Of a DNA stretch of 64,000 nucleotides, positions 51,626 through 64,000 are shown piece after piece. The notes beneath the pieces are model-generated. The model had not been told where the DNA came from, ran no database searches, and worked only from the letters and a program-made list of their open reading frames with translations. Source of the DNA: the human T2T-CHM13v2.0 reference genome, Homo sapiens; the NCBI RefSeq assembly GCF_009914755.1, contig NC_060927.1. The stretch is one strand, 5' to 3'. The first letter of the stretch is position 1, and each line of letters begins with the position of its first letter. The translations under genes were made by a program, and so were the position numbers.

Positions 51626-53544
51626 AAAAATGAGAAAGTTGTTTGTACTTTACACCAGGAACAACATATATCAAAGCATGGTAGAGAAAGAGTAGGTTGA
51701 GTTACTTTAACGTTTTAATGTCTTCATTCTCTAGTATTCATGAATGAATCTTAGTCTATTTTTTGATTAAATGTCAATTACTGCTAAGAGATAAGACCAC
51801 ACTCAGTATATGAAACCACGAAAGCTGAATTTATTGATTACTTAGTGTAGGAATGGTTATTTGGTCAGAGATATTCTCATTGAACAAAGCAAACTGATGA
51901 TTTTATATAGGATTGTGGGCAGGAGTTGAGTTTGGTTTAATGTTGGTTACAAAGATGAGAGTGGATTGCTGTTCCTCAGAAGTGTGGATTATGTTTGTTC
52001 ATTGCTGAGGCAGGAAGGGGTCAGGTCAGCCTTAGAAGAGGACTCAGTGGAGTGAGTCAGCCTCTGATTGGCTGCCTTCCACAGTGTGAGGCTGTCTCTG
52101 ACTGGTTGATTCCAGAGTCATGGTCACTGAAGCAAGTTGTCATTGATTGATTAATCAGGATGAAAACCACTTCTGATGTTGACTTGTCATGGCTCGGGAA
52201 CAATTAGTCTTTTCTCAGGAGCATGGGACTTTTCTGTATCCCACCCCTCCCTTTCTCATCTTCAAGCAGCAAGACAGACCATCAGGGATTGTCCCAATAT
52301 TCATCACCATTGTTAATTTTGTCTTTAAATTATTCGTTGAAACATTTCTTAGGACAGTGGCTCTGTAGATTTAAGACTCTGGATAAACACATCAGACTGT
52401 GCAACAAAGTATAACAAAGGTATTGCAAGAAGGGATTAGAGGGCAGTATAAAGGCATGATCTAGATTTTCCAAGGTCTGACATACTCTTAAGTAGATAAG
52501 CTACCTTGACTGAGTTCTCAGTAGTATAAACACTGTCTTCCTGGCTTTGTTGGAAAATGAAAGATTCTATATAGTTACATTTTCCCAAGAATTCATGCCA
52601 GTACCTTTAAGTGGCTAAATCTGATTACATTTTTAACAAGGAAAAAAGTATCCCAAGTTATCACACTCTTCTTTGCCTTGTGAAAGAGTTCTTTGAAGGA
52701 AAATAATATTTTTTTGAAGAAGTACTAAATTCTAGGTGATTTCATATATTGTCTCAATTCTCACAATATCCTACAAAAGTAAATTCTTTATTTTTATTAC
52801 ACAAATATTGTGACTAAATCCAGGGTTCAAACACGGATCTGTCCAATTTTAAAGTTAAAATAACTTTTTAAAATATCTCAGTCATTAAGAGCATCAAAAA
52901 TTGTGCTTCTCTATATGTGAGTGATGTCCATTGGCCATTGAGTAATGTACTACTGTATTTGCTCCCTAAACTAGAAGGCCACAAATTACAGGGTTTCATG
53001 GGTTTTTTTCCTCTCCTTCCCACTGCTGTTGGTTACCATTTCTTTTCTTGTTGCTCTCTCCCTGTTATGTTACCAGATTGTACATACAAGATTATGCATC
53101 AATCATACATATAAATAGATTTTACATACAAGACTATATATGCAGGCAATTGTACATATGTTTAGATTACACATACAGTTAGGCCATTAGACCTTGTGTC
53201 ATTAACAATGTCTCCAGTTTTTTCAGAATAAAATTCAAGGTCTTTTATCACAGCACCAATACTCAGACACTTGTTTTACATTGCTCAGGGTTTTCACTTG
53301 TGCTCTGGGCACTAGCAATCGTCTGACTTCCTGTTAAATGAGGAGTTACTGTAACAGGCAGCATCTAACCACCACAGGGAAAGATTTAGGCAAGCAGGAT
53401 AATCGGAATCATTTGGTTAATGGCCCTTGCCTTTACCTTATTACATTTTTTATAAATTTTCTGAGTAAATCTCATGTGTACAAAGGTTTCCCAGGTGTAT
53501 TCTTTAACAGAAATAAGCCACAGAAAGGAAAGGTCCTTCTGCAG

Positions 53545-53760
53545 ACCAATCTTATCTCTGCAACTTAATAGCACCATGTGATTTTGAGCAAGTTGCTGAA
53601 TTTTGCTAAATCTGTTTTCTTTATTCATAAAATAAGGATGATAATAATACATTATTAACTCATGCAGTTGTTGCAAAGCTTAAGAGAGTATTATGCCAAA
53701 TGCTGAACACTGTGCTTGGCATATGAGAAGTGCTCAATAGATGAGAGTTATAACAATCAT
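53545..53760 (+). mobile_element. MIR SINE
   Basis: tgtgattttgagcaagttgct...aaaataaggatgataata...tgcttggcata..agtgctcaatagatg. Confidence 0.8.
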
Positions 53761-55269
53761 TATTGCTTATAGTAAGTGGCAAAGAGTCCACTGTGCTTTA
53801 GTGTCCTAATAATGTTCAGCCCGTCATCTTATTGTTAATGCCCTGCCAGGCCCAAATGAGGAGGCATACTGAGATGAGGTCATTCTGTCCTCATGCGTTG
53901 GGAGTCAAAGGACTGAGTCTTTCTACTTTCTTCATTTCCTCCTATTGTAAACATGCGCTAATGACATACTTACTGCACATTCACACAGCCTGCTTTTCTG
54001 TATGGAGCCAGGTACACATTTTCATGTAAGGAACTCTTTGAAAATATTGTCCAGAATGTACTCTTCTAATAGGAATTAAAGATGAAAACATTGTATTACC
54101 GGACATTGTGGCTAGCACTGACCCTGGAGGTTTGCTTTGAGTTGTAAAGATTTTAGAATATGGACTTCAGTTAAAACCTATGCTGAATTTTTCTCGTGTA
54201 AATGTTTGTCTTTAAAAAGTGTGTTGTCACAGATACCATGAATAATTTGAATTTAGATGAAAACAGCTTCTGGAATTATGGCAAACTAGCCAAGGGGCAT
54301 ATTAGTCATATACTGGATAGTTTTTCCTGGAAATCTATAAATTGCCTTCTTAACATAAAAATAAAGGAATAGATATGGCCAGATTGCTCAAGTGACTCCA
54401 TTGCTCATGTGGTTACATGTGCATTTTGTCAGCTTTGCCACACTGTAATTGGCTCTTCTGTTGGATAACTTCCTAGAAAGCCTAAAATAATTTAGTCTAT
54501 ATAAGTCTTATGAGTCAATGATACCCTAAGTGGAAACACAGGTATTTAAAACCAGCCAGCTTTCCTTTTGACTTTTTTTTCCTGAGGCCCTTCTCAGGAA
54601 CGTAACTATTTTTGTTAGGAAGTGCAGAAAGGAGTGGTCTGTTGTTTAATGACAGAACCACTGACATGCAGGAGGAGACCAAAGGGAAGGTGCCTTAGTT
54701 CTAAGGAAAAATCTTTTGTCATTTGTACAGTGAAAGCTCATTATAAGAGCTAGTTAAGCTTCTTTAATCTAAAATACATCCTAATTGCCTAAAAAGGTAG
54801 TCCAGAAATTTTAGGTTAATATATCTTATTGCTGTAGAAAATATTAATGCCTTGTTTTCAAGGTTTTAAATCCATTTTATGAATAATAAAGTAGAAAATG
54901 AATCAAATACAGACTCCTATTAGTAAAATTTGGGGGAAGGTAGAACATTCTGGGTTCAACCTCACTGAAATCTCATTATGAGTCCTTGGTGAATGCTTCT
55001 GTTATAAAATACTGATTTAAATATGGTACCAGGGGCTGTCTCTTAGAAAAGAAGTTTGCATGTAAGATAAACTGGCAAGCATTTTAGATCTCATACTATT
55101 AGTTATGCTCTTGAATAAATTATGCTTCCTTCTGAAATGAAAATGTGTATTCATGAATATGCTTTGGATTTCCATCAAGTGTTCTTAAAATGTCAAATTG
55201 CGTTCAAAAGTTGCTTCAGCTTGATGGGTCAGGCAAAATCAAATATAGAAAGTGAGGCCAGAATCTATT

Positions 55270-55680
55270 TATGGAGGCAGTAGACCTTTCACACGTGGCC
55301 CCAGCCTGCCCCTGCAGCCTCAGCTCCTCCTGCCACTCCTCCACCCCACAAAGCCTAGCGCCAGCCACAGGGACTGGGGGTCACTTCCTGAACATGCTTT
55401 CCTCCTGTGCCTTTGTTTACCCTGTTCCCTTTGCATGTAGGGCCTAACTCAACATCCTCAAAATCTGGCAAAAATCCCATCTCCTTGTAGTGGTTTATGT
55501 AATCCTTTGGTCAGAACGAAGAGCATGCTGCTTTGCCAGTCGCTGCCCTTGTCACACTATACTCAGACTGTCTAAGGCACAAGACGTTGTTTTACTCATC
55601 TCTGTGTGTCCTCTGAAAGCCAGCCCAGGGCCTGGCTTTACGTTATAGATGCTCAGTAAGTATTTGTTTACTGAATTGCA
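55270..55680 (+). mobile_element. L2 3' region
   Basis: cttcctgaacatgc...agactgt...cagggcctggc...atagatgctcagtaagtatttgtt. Confidence 0.6.
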
Positions 55681-56109
55681 TTTTCACATCTCTGTAACCT
55701 GTCCTATTCTTCTATCATGTAAAATGCCACAGAAATTATCAGAGTTTTACAGGTCTTATGGAGAATGTTTTGAAATAGGGACTTTTCATTTCCCTGTCTA
55801 GGGAGACAGTTAATGTTGAGTTTTCCCACATAGCTAATGTCCCAAACTATCAATGTTTTCTCCAGGAAACCATTTTGTGCCTCATTGGTTTACTGAAAAC
55901 ATAACAGCACTGTCCAAGTCTGACTCTCAGCTTGAATGCCATTAAAGAGTAATGAAGGGAAAAGTTACATAAAAGGTTCAAATTATTACAGTAACTGCAT
56001 TTCAAAGATAATTTTAATGGTGAGTTAGTTTGTGAAATGAGAAGACCAAGCTTCATTGTGGTAAGATTTTACCCTTTTCTTTTGATAAAATTCTAAGCAA
56101 TTTTTGAAA

Positions 56110-56285
56110 AGTGTAAGTCTCAAATTACCTAGGTTGCCTACTAAAACGGCAGATTCCTGGCCCTCACTATTGGCAGATTCAGAGTCAGTGAGTCTAAAAT
56201 GAAACCTAGGAATCTGAATTGTAGGAAATATAGAGGCAATTCTGGCGTGAAAAAAATCACAGGATTGCACTTCGAAAAACACAGA
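56110..56285. mobile_element. MER5-like hAT-Charlie MITE
   Basis: aaaacggcagattcctggccc...agattcagagtcagtgagtct...cctaggaatctg...cacttcgaaaaacac. Confidence 0.65.
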
Positions 56286-59200
56286 TGTTCTGAGGAAAGT
56301 GGAAAGGTAATATCATATTAATGGACATATTATATGCTCAAAATATTTGCTAAGCATATGTTACATAAGCCAGGCCCTGGGCTGGCTTTTAGAAGAGATA
56401 CAGATGAATAAGGCAATATCTCTTCCTCTAAACAGCATCATTGTGTACTTGAATATTCTAGGAAGTTGGATAAAGTTACTTGCTCAAAGTGTCCTGGCAC
56501 TGATAAGCCAGAATAGGCTGTCAGTTATGTTCTGCTCTAATTGCAAGAGTGTTCTGGGCTTAGATATACATTTCATACATTCATGATGAACAAGGAAAGA
56601 AATGCTTTACCATGGCCAAAGAAGTCAGACAAGATATTCCTCATGCCTCCTTGTTCTGAAAAAAGACTTGGATTTAGAGATTCAGTAGCTCTGAGCTGGA
56701 GTGAATGGCTCATTATGTTTTTGCTATAAGTATCTATAAAATATATTTCCAGTTAATCATATGAGGGGTTTTAAACCTTTATTATCTGGCACCCTCAACA
56801 AATAACTCAGAAATAAGTACTCTAAAAGACCAAAGTTTACCTGTGGCTCCCAAATTGCAACTTAGCTATAGTAATTTTTATCATTGATATCCCACAAGTT
56901 CACAGGGAGTTAGCATTCTATATATTATTGTGACAGTGAGTTAAAAATTACACTTTATTCCATCAGTGTGTAATTATAATCCTGTATTATATATGTTTTC
57001 ATATTTGTCCTTTATTTCCCAGCAGACTCTGAGTGTCTTATGGACAAAAAAAAAAAAAAATCCTCAAACTTGTTATTCTATGACACCCAGTACAAACATG
57101 AGTGGGTATCCAAAATATACTTTTAGATTGCTTAAATTAACTACAAGTTTAAAATGTGTTTGATTCTGAAATTAGAATGTTTAGAAGCTTCTACAGTGTG
57201 AAAGCCCCACAGGACAGTACTCATGTTACTGCGCGTGGATGAGAAATATCCTAGGAGAATGCTGTCTCAGGCTCTGATCTACTAGTGTGTGTCTGCAGGA
57301 AAGCTTAATGTTACAGAGGCAAAGAGTTGTACAACTATACAATCTGTGCTTTGCTTTTATGAAAAAGAGGTAAATTGTTAAAGAAAAAGAAAACATGCCA
57401 ATAACAAGGATTTAAGAAAGCAAATCTTAGGCATGTCTTTGTGCAGCTTAATGTGTAGAACTGTCTATATCCATGGCATATTATAAACAGCAGATCATTT
57501 TGTTACTCCTGAATCCTTAAGAAAATGTTCCACTATATTTGGTATCTTCAGTTCACTAAGGCAGAGAAGAACGTAATACATATTTTAAAACAGTATAAAG
57601 AGTTGAAATGGAAAATTTTTGTGCTTTAAAGAGGAAAATATCGATTACCAAAAAACTGTCATTTGGAGTAATATGTACTATCTTTCTTCCTTTATCCTAA
57701 CTCATACATGTGATCAATATTTTTATCACTCCCTTCCTCTGCCATTTCTTGGGTAAATATGGAAATGAGCACAAACTATCATTTTCTGTAAATCATTTCA
57801 CTTAGACACAAGATAAATATGCCAAAGACTTATTATAATATTTTTTCTTTAATATTTATTTCACAAATACTGTCAAGCATCCTTTAGAAGATATTGTGCT
57901 TAGCACCTCAGGGAAGATAAAGATGTAGACCTTGCCTTCAAGGACTTATAAAATTTTGTGTCTCTTTCATTTCTAAGCTGTGGAATAGGTTTGACTAATA
58001 GCTCTTTGCAGGACCACTTCATAGAAGTACTAGTATTAGGCAGGCCAATCTGGGGGAAAAGATGAGCCCAACAACAGACAGCAGTCATTTTTCTCAGGAT
58101 CTGAGATTAGATTCCTATATTCTTAAGAAGATGACTTTTATAATCAGCCAACTTTTAGCTCTTTGGATTTAGGACTTGCCATATTCTGAAAAGCCAGTTA
58201 TCACTTTCTGTTTTGACCGCTCCCCCAACCGCCACCAAAAAAAAAAGTATAAGAAAAAAAGATACCTAGGACATGAGTAAGGAGCTGACCCACCCATGCA
58301 TTCTGTTCAGTGTTTGTGTCTTCACTGTCCGTACCCAGTGTAGAAAGTGTTGGGGATACAGATGTGATTAGACATCTGCCCTCAAGGGACTTACAGTCTC
58401 ATCTAACAAGGCAACATATAGGGAGATAAATTAGAGCAATGTATTTTCATAGGAACCTTGATTTCTGTTCAGGACAGTGGAAGCCTAAAAAGAGGGAATG
58501 GCCAATTCTGTGTAGAGACATGAAAGGCTTTGTGAGAGGTTGAAGGTGGAGCTGAGCCTTGAAAGAGGAGTAGGGGTTTGCCAAGTTGAGGAGGAGAAGA
58601 GGCCATTCTAGGCGGAGAGATCAGCCCAAGCCTAGGCCTAGAGACAAACAGCCTCCCTTATTTGGAGAATGGTTGAGTGTTCTGGTGCCTCAGGGGCAGG
58701 GGCGGTGCAGGAGGGAGAAGGGCAGACCAGGCATGTGAGGAGTTAGGAGCAGCTGGGTCACCAAGACTTGGTGTCTGTAGGGGAGGGGATGGGTATGGGA
58801 GGCACTGAGGAGGTACAGTCAGCAGAGTCGGTGACTGCTGAGAGGAGGGCTGTGGTGACATTCATCTGCAGCTGGCACCTCTAGCCTGCTGTGGCATCTA
58901 TGGGCCATCCCCTAAGCTCACTCCCACCCACCACGTCCAGGCTCTCCACTCTGTGCTCTCCCCTTACTGGCCCAGGCTTTAGACCTGCTGGGACCCCTGC
59001 AGGACAGACTGGTGGTAAGATGGAGAAGAGACAAGGAAAAGATGGGCCCAGGGTTTGAAAGGCCCAGACTCGACTGAAAATCCACTAAGACCCAGTGCTG
59101 GGTTGACACAAAAGCCCGGGTATCACTCAGGATCAGATGGGACAGCATTGTGTAATTGCAGCTTATTTGGCACTCAGGGCCCAGCTCCAGAACGTTCTAT

Positions 59201-60179
59201 TAAACCAGCTATATGTCCACTCGGAAGTTATCAGATAATTCCAACACTTGATTTTTCCCTCCAAAATGAAGCAAAATCAAGCTGTAACAAATGGAACTTG
59301 GTCTTCCCCTTGAAGCTCTTTTATTTGATTTTCATAGTCATCTGTGTGGGGTAGCAAACAAAAAGCAGACAGATGATTGTGTTTTCCTGGCCTGGCAAGA
59401 AAAAGCTGGTCAAGGGCTATGAAGGCCAGCAGATAGAGAGAATGGAGAATGGCCACAGTACATGGGGGCCCAGCAGCCCTGTTCTGTGAGCCCAGGCACC
59501 CTATTGATGAGCACTGCACAGTATCAACCAGAATCCGGTAGAAGGCAGGTAAGCAGCTGTCAGCCTTGTACTGAAGGGCTTCATTCTGAAAATACCCAAG
59601 AGCCTCCTGTGTTAGACTTTAGAAAGTGGCAAGAAGCTAGGTTCATGTTTTCTAGGGTTTTAGGCACCAAAGCTAGAATTCTGATACGAGGTTGGAAAAA
59701 AATCAGAGAGCTGACAACTTGTGTGAGAATGAAACAAATCATCACAAGCATTATATTAGCAGTGAATAGATCATGTCTGACATGTGAGTCAGAAAGTAGC
59801 CCATCCACTCAGATATATGGGCCAGTTTAACTCCTAGAAGCCTATGCATTGCAAAATCCTTTTCTATTGTTAGGTCCACCAACAGCTCCTACCTCTCTCA
59901 AACATTTATGACCAAATGAGTTACTCTAAGTCATGTCAGGGAGCTTTTCCCTCTGCCTGAAGCCTGAGAGGAAGGCTCTGCCCATTCCTCAGCCCTTTGG
60001 CCTTCTGAATCTCTCTATCCAACCCCGGAAGAAACTATTAAGGACAATTTGACCATACAGTTAGTAAACCATCAATTATAGACATAGCAAATAATTAAAT
60101 TGAGAGTAATCAAAGGTAGGATTTCAGCAACTTTAATAAACACCGGTTACTCATGAAACATCCTAGAACATGAAAGAGA

Positions 60180-60520
60180 ATGAGAGTTAACATTTGGGTG
60201 CCTCCTGCATGCTAGCCATTTTGTTTACACACCGTGCGTGAGAATAGGTATTAAAGAAAAATTCCTGTGGCAATACTTGTGAATAGGTATACAACAAATG
60301 GGAGTTCCTCCTTACCCTTCTCCACCCTTACATGGTTGCCTAATAAGTGAATCTTTGCAACAGGTTATGGAATTGCTGTCATTATCCTTAATTTACTGAT
60401 GAGAAAAGGCTGAGATAAATTAAATTGACCAACTTTGTCTAGCTAGTAAATGGTGACACAGGGTAGGGACCAGGGTCTGAGTGTTTCCAAAGTCCACATG
60501 CTTTTTCCAAGGCACGTGGG
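60180..60520 (-). mobile_element. MIR SINE (interrupted)
   Basis: attatcctta.tttactgatgagaaa.ggctgaga...agctagtaaatggtga...ccaaagtccacatgcttt. Confidence 0.65.
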
Positions 60521-63500
60521 TGCCGACAATAGTAAATATATGTATATTTTTCCCCTAAGACTGGTTTAGCACGACAGGCAACTTTGGAAGCTTATCTGAA
60601 GGATTACAAACCCCCACCTCCTGTTCTGGATCAAACCCAGGGGAAAATAGAATAAGCCTGCCACCTTGAGGTGACCCTGCAGGCAGAGGACATTGGGAGC
60701 AAGCACCACTGCATTCAAGGGCAACTTGGGCAGCGAGTACCACTCCCCTCTGCTTCAGCCAGCTCCCTGCCAGGCTTTGTGTGGGAGGAGAGGTTCACTC
60801 CTGCACCCCACAGAGAGGAGAGAATCTAAAATAGCCACACACACAAGAAGGAGGGAGTCTTTATAGAAATGATAAAGAAGAGAGGCAGGCATTGTCCTCT
60901 TCTATAATTTCCCCCTTTCCACTACGCACACACCAAAAAATATAAATAAATAAAAACCAGGGTATATATTTTGCATTTGAGGTCCATTTGGATATGACCT
61001 GCAAATATAATTTCTATTCATTTGTCTGTTTTTGAATAAAGAAAAGTCATGCTCAGAGGTTCGTATAAATTAAAGATATGGAGGTATCTCATTGAAATTC
61101 TACAGATGTACTGATCCTACCCCAAGACACCTCTCATCAAAAGATTTCTCTTGTAGTGCTGGTGCTGACTTATTAATGAAGATCATGCTTTCATTTGATT
61201 ATTTACCTAATCAGGATTCACCTTCAGTTTAAGCTCATTAAGTCTGCTGCTAATAGAGTGTACTTGATGGTGGAATTACATCCAAGTGAGACAGAGAATG
61301 TGTTCAGGCATTAATGGTCAGAAACAAAGACAGAGCACGCTGTAAGCTCATGTCACTCCTTGAGTGGAGCGTGTGAACTGCCTGCCAACCAAATAGAAAG
61401 GGCTAGTTTTGTAGAGTTAGGGCTGAACATTATAATTAAATACACTTGGTAACAGAGCATCAAAAGTGACAACACTAATTATTGCAAAAATCAAGAGAAT
61501 AATACCCATTCTGTATATGCGTCATGTTGGGGAAGTCTTCTAATGGGCTTTTATGTGAAATTTGTGAGCTGGATTCAGGATGCTGGTTGCTCCGTGTGCC
61601 CTAACCCAACTCCAGTGACTCGCATTTGACCTCTTTGCTTCCACTTGCTGGTCTTCTGGAGGAGCTGTAATACAAACCAGCCTAGTAACATTTCTCCTGG
61701 ATCTCACAAAAACAGACAACTAGATCATCTTACTCTTACCTTATGGGTGATTGCTTGTTTCAACTCCTATGGTTAAATCCTCCTCTTTAAGTCCTTCTTG
61801 CCCTACAAATAGGAAACTCCACTTTTTGTTAGGCTGAGAAAGCTCTCGCTACCACAGTGCCACATTGAAAGAGGGCCCAGGAACAGCAGAGCTGTGCCGT
61901 TAACCGAGGCCAGTGTGTCCCCTCCTTGGAAACGCTGCAGCTCAAACTTGGCACTGTAATGGGCTAAATTATTTATCCAGTCGGATAAGAGAGAAGGCAG
62001 CTAAAAGCCTCCTGAGTTAGTTTATAGCCTCAGTCCCTGGATTCAAACTGAGACAGGAAACAGGTCAGTTTATATCAGCAAAGAGAAAAAAAGACTTTTC
62101 CTTCAAAGTGCCCTTCCATCAGCTTTTATGCCTGGCATAAGCCCCAACCATGGTGAAAATAAGCTGTTCCCATCAATCTTCTTGGATTCATTGAGTACTG
62201 TGTGGCAGGCCCTGTGATATAAAAGATGCAGAATAGTGGCCTTTGGCCCCAGTAGCACACTCACTTGGACAGGCAGGGAAAGCACATGCAAAATTAAACT
62301 TCTCATTCTTCATTCCATACACACAACGTGTCAGGCACTGGGCTAGGTACTGGGGATGCAATATGGAAAACGACAGGCCAGTGAGCAAGATAGGAAAGCA
62401 GGTGATGGTGAAAATACCACCTGACTGATGCAGTGATAGGCAAAGGGTATAAAATGACACTGAAAGAAGACAGGCCAGGAAACACATGAGATTAATTTCT
62501 CAGTATGTGATACATATAGTAAAAGCCATGAGATCAAAGCAGAGTTCTTAATTTTGGTTTTGAGATCGCTGTCAACAACATACTCCAGTATCAGTCACCA
62601 CCCAACATATGCAGTTTGCACAGTGACTCTTCCAGGACCTCTCTATGTGAAGGAGAGCTGGTTTACCTGAGGCCAGTGCTTTACAGGCTTTTTGATTAGT
62701 CACACAGACCAGGCTGTGAGTCTGGATAGAATGAGGTCATCGATGAGAGGCGTGTCTGCAAATACAGGCATGTCCCTCCTTCCGGGGGGTTTACCTCAGT
62801 CTCAGGAGCCATCCTTCAGATCAGGAAATATGGCCCTGACCTTGATGACCTTCCAGTGTGGACTTGGGAGGGGAAAATAAAAGCAGTGCATAGAAATGTG
62901 TTTCTTGTAACAGTGGATAGGAAATTTGTACACAATTATTTTTCCAATGGAGAGTTGTACTTAAAGTCATGATTCTCTAAGTGTTATTTATATTCCTTGT
63001 TACAGTCCCTGGACTTCTAAATCTCACTTTTATCTCTTTAAGACACCTGTCTTGATGTCCTCTACTTTATTTATTTGCAAACACGGCCCTTTCCATCCTA
63101 TTAATTTCTTAACAGCAGGAAACATGTTTTATGCATCTTTCAGAACTCCTTATTATAACTTAGCACATTGCCTTACATATAATAGGCACTTAATAATTAT
63201 CTGATGAATGAACTATATCATCCAAAACTGGAAGATGCACTGGGCATTTGGGTTTAGGGCCTTTCCTGAAATTTACCAAAGAATAGTCCTTCCCTAGTTG
63301 GGAAAGATCATGCAACTTAGGAAGAGAGGGAGAAACCAGCTTGCAATGATAAGGGATGGGAAGAACACATTCCTAGCTAGCCACATCAGCAAAAGCATTG
63401 CTAACCATCAACAGCAAGGCAGATGTCAAAGTCAGGTTACCTTTACAGTCAACCCTGAAATTCTTATTATAAAGGGGATGCTCATGATGTGAACCAGCAT

Positions 63501-63773
63501 TGGATATTATAGAATATAAGCCAGTGGTAGACTCAGTCTCATGCATGATCACAAACAAGGAGAACACTATGAATAAAAATGACATTGAATGTCGCTATGG
63601 AGTACACAGTAGACATCACTATTGCTTAGAACTTGTCTTCAAGGTAGCACCTGGCAAGAAAGAGAAAAGTTACAGTCCCATAAACCTTTGATACAAACCA
63701 TGCAGGGGGCAGTGCTGTCCACAATTGAGTTTCAGTTCCTGATCCTCTCATTTCTCCACATAATTCTCTGCAG

Positions 63774-63971
63774 GTGGCATTGGCTGTGTAGGTCAAGACA
63801 AGGGCCAGGTTCGAAAATGCCTTGACGTGGTGGAGATCTACAACCCAGATGGGGACTTTTGGCGAGAGGGCCCTCCCATGCCAAGTCCCCTCCTCTCACT
63901 CCGCACCAATTCCACCAATGCAGGGGCAGTGGATGGGAAACTCTATGTCTGCGGGGGATTCCATGGAGCAG
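63774..63971 (+). CDS. KBTBD12: KBTBD12 coding exon (198 bp), Kelch repeats; absent from the ORF track
   Basis: Acceptor taattctctgcAG. Hand translation gives (G)GIGCVGQDKGQVRKCLDVVEIYNPDGDFWREGPPMPSPLLSLRTNSTNAGAVDGKLYVCGGFHGA. It completes the YVLG-G Kelch di-glycine begun in the previous exon. Donor CAG|GTATGG. Phase 1-1. Confidence 0.95.
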
Positions 63972-64000
63972 GTATGGGTCCAGTTTTAAACATTTTGTTA

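Overview
Primate (human-like) genomic DNA holding most of one + strand gene that I recognise as KBTBD12 (BTB-BACK-Kelch, Cullin-3 adaptor family). A CpG-island promoter and non-coding exon 1 (donor at 16174) are followed by coding exons 23537/23649-24718, 28351-28621, 30721-30871 and 63774-63971. These splice in frame through canonical GT-AG sites to give 563 codons, and the last exon lies beyond the window. Most of the rest is interspersed repeat: Alu, L1PA/L1M, L2, MIR, MaLR, MER21, MER53, MER47 and MER5-like elements, plus an intact solo LTR12 just upstream of the promoter. Repeat subfamily names come from my recall of consensus sequences and many boundaries are approximate. I found no evidence for a wholly new biological system. 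The best leads are an exact 32-bp inverted templated insertion in an Alu with a junction hairpin, a sense LTR12 with 8 CCAAT boxes ahead of the promoter, a duplicated E2F+NRF1 module beside a MEF2/TATA-CArG-like muscle core, three chained uORFs covering all three frames, and a possible exon 2-4 circRNA with a 507-aa ORF.
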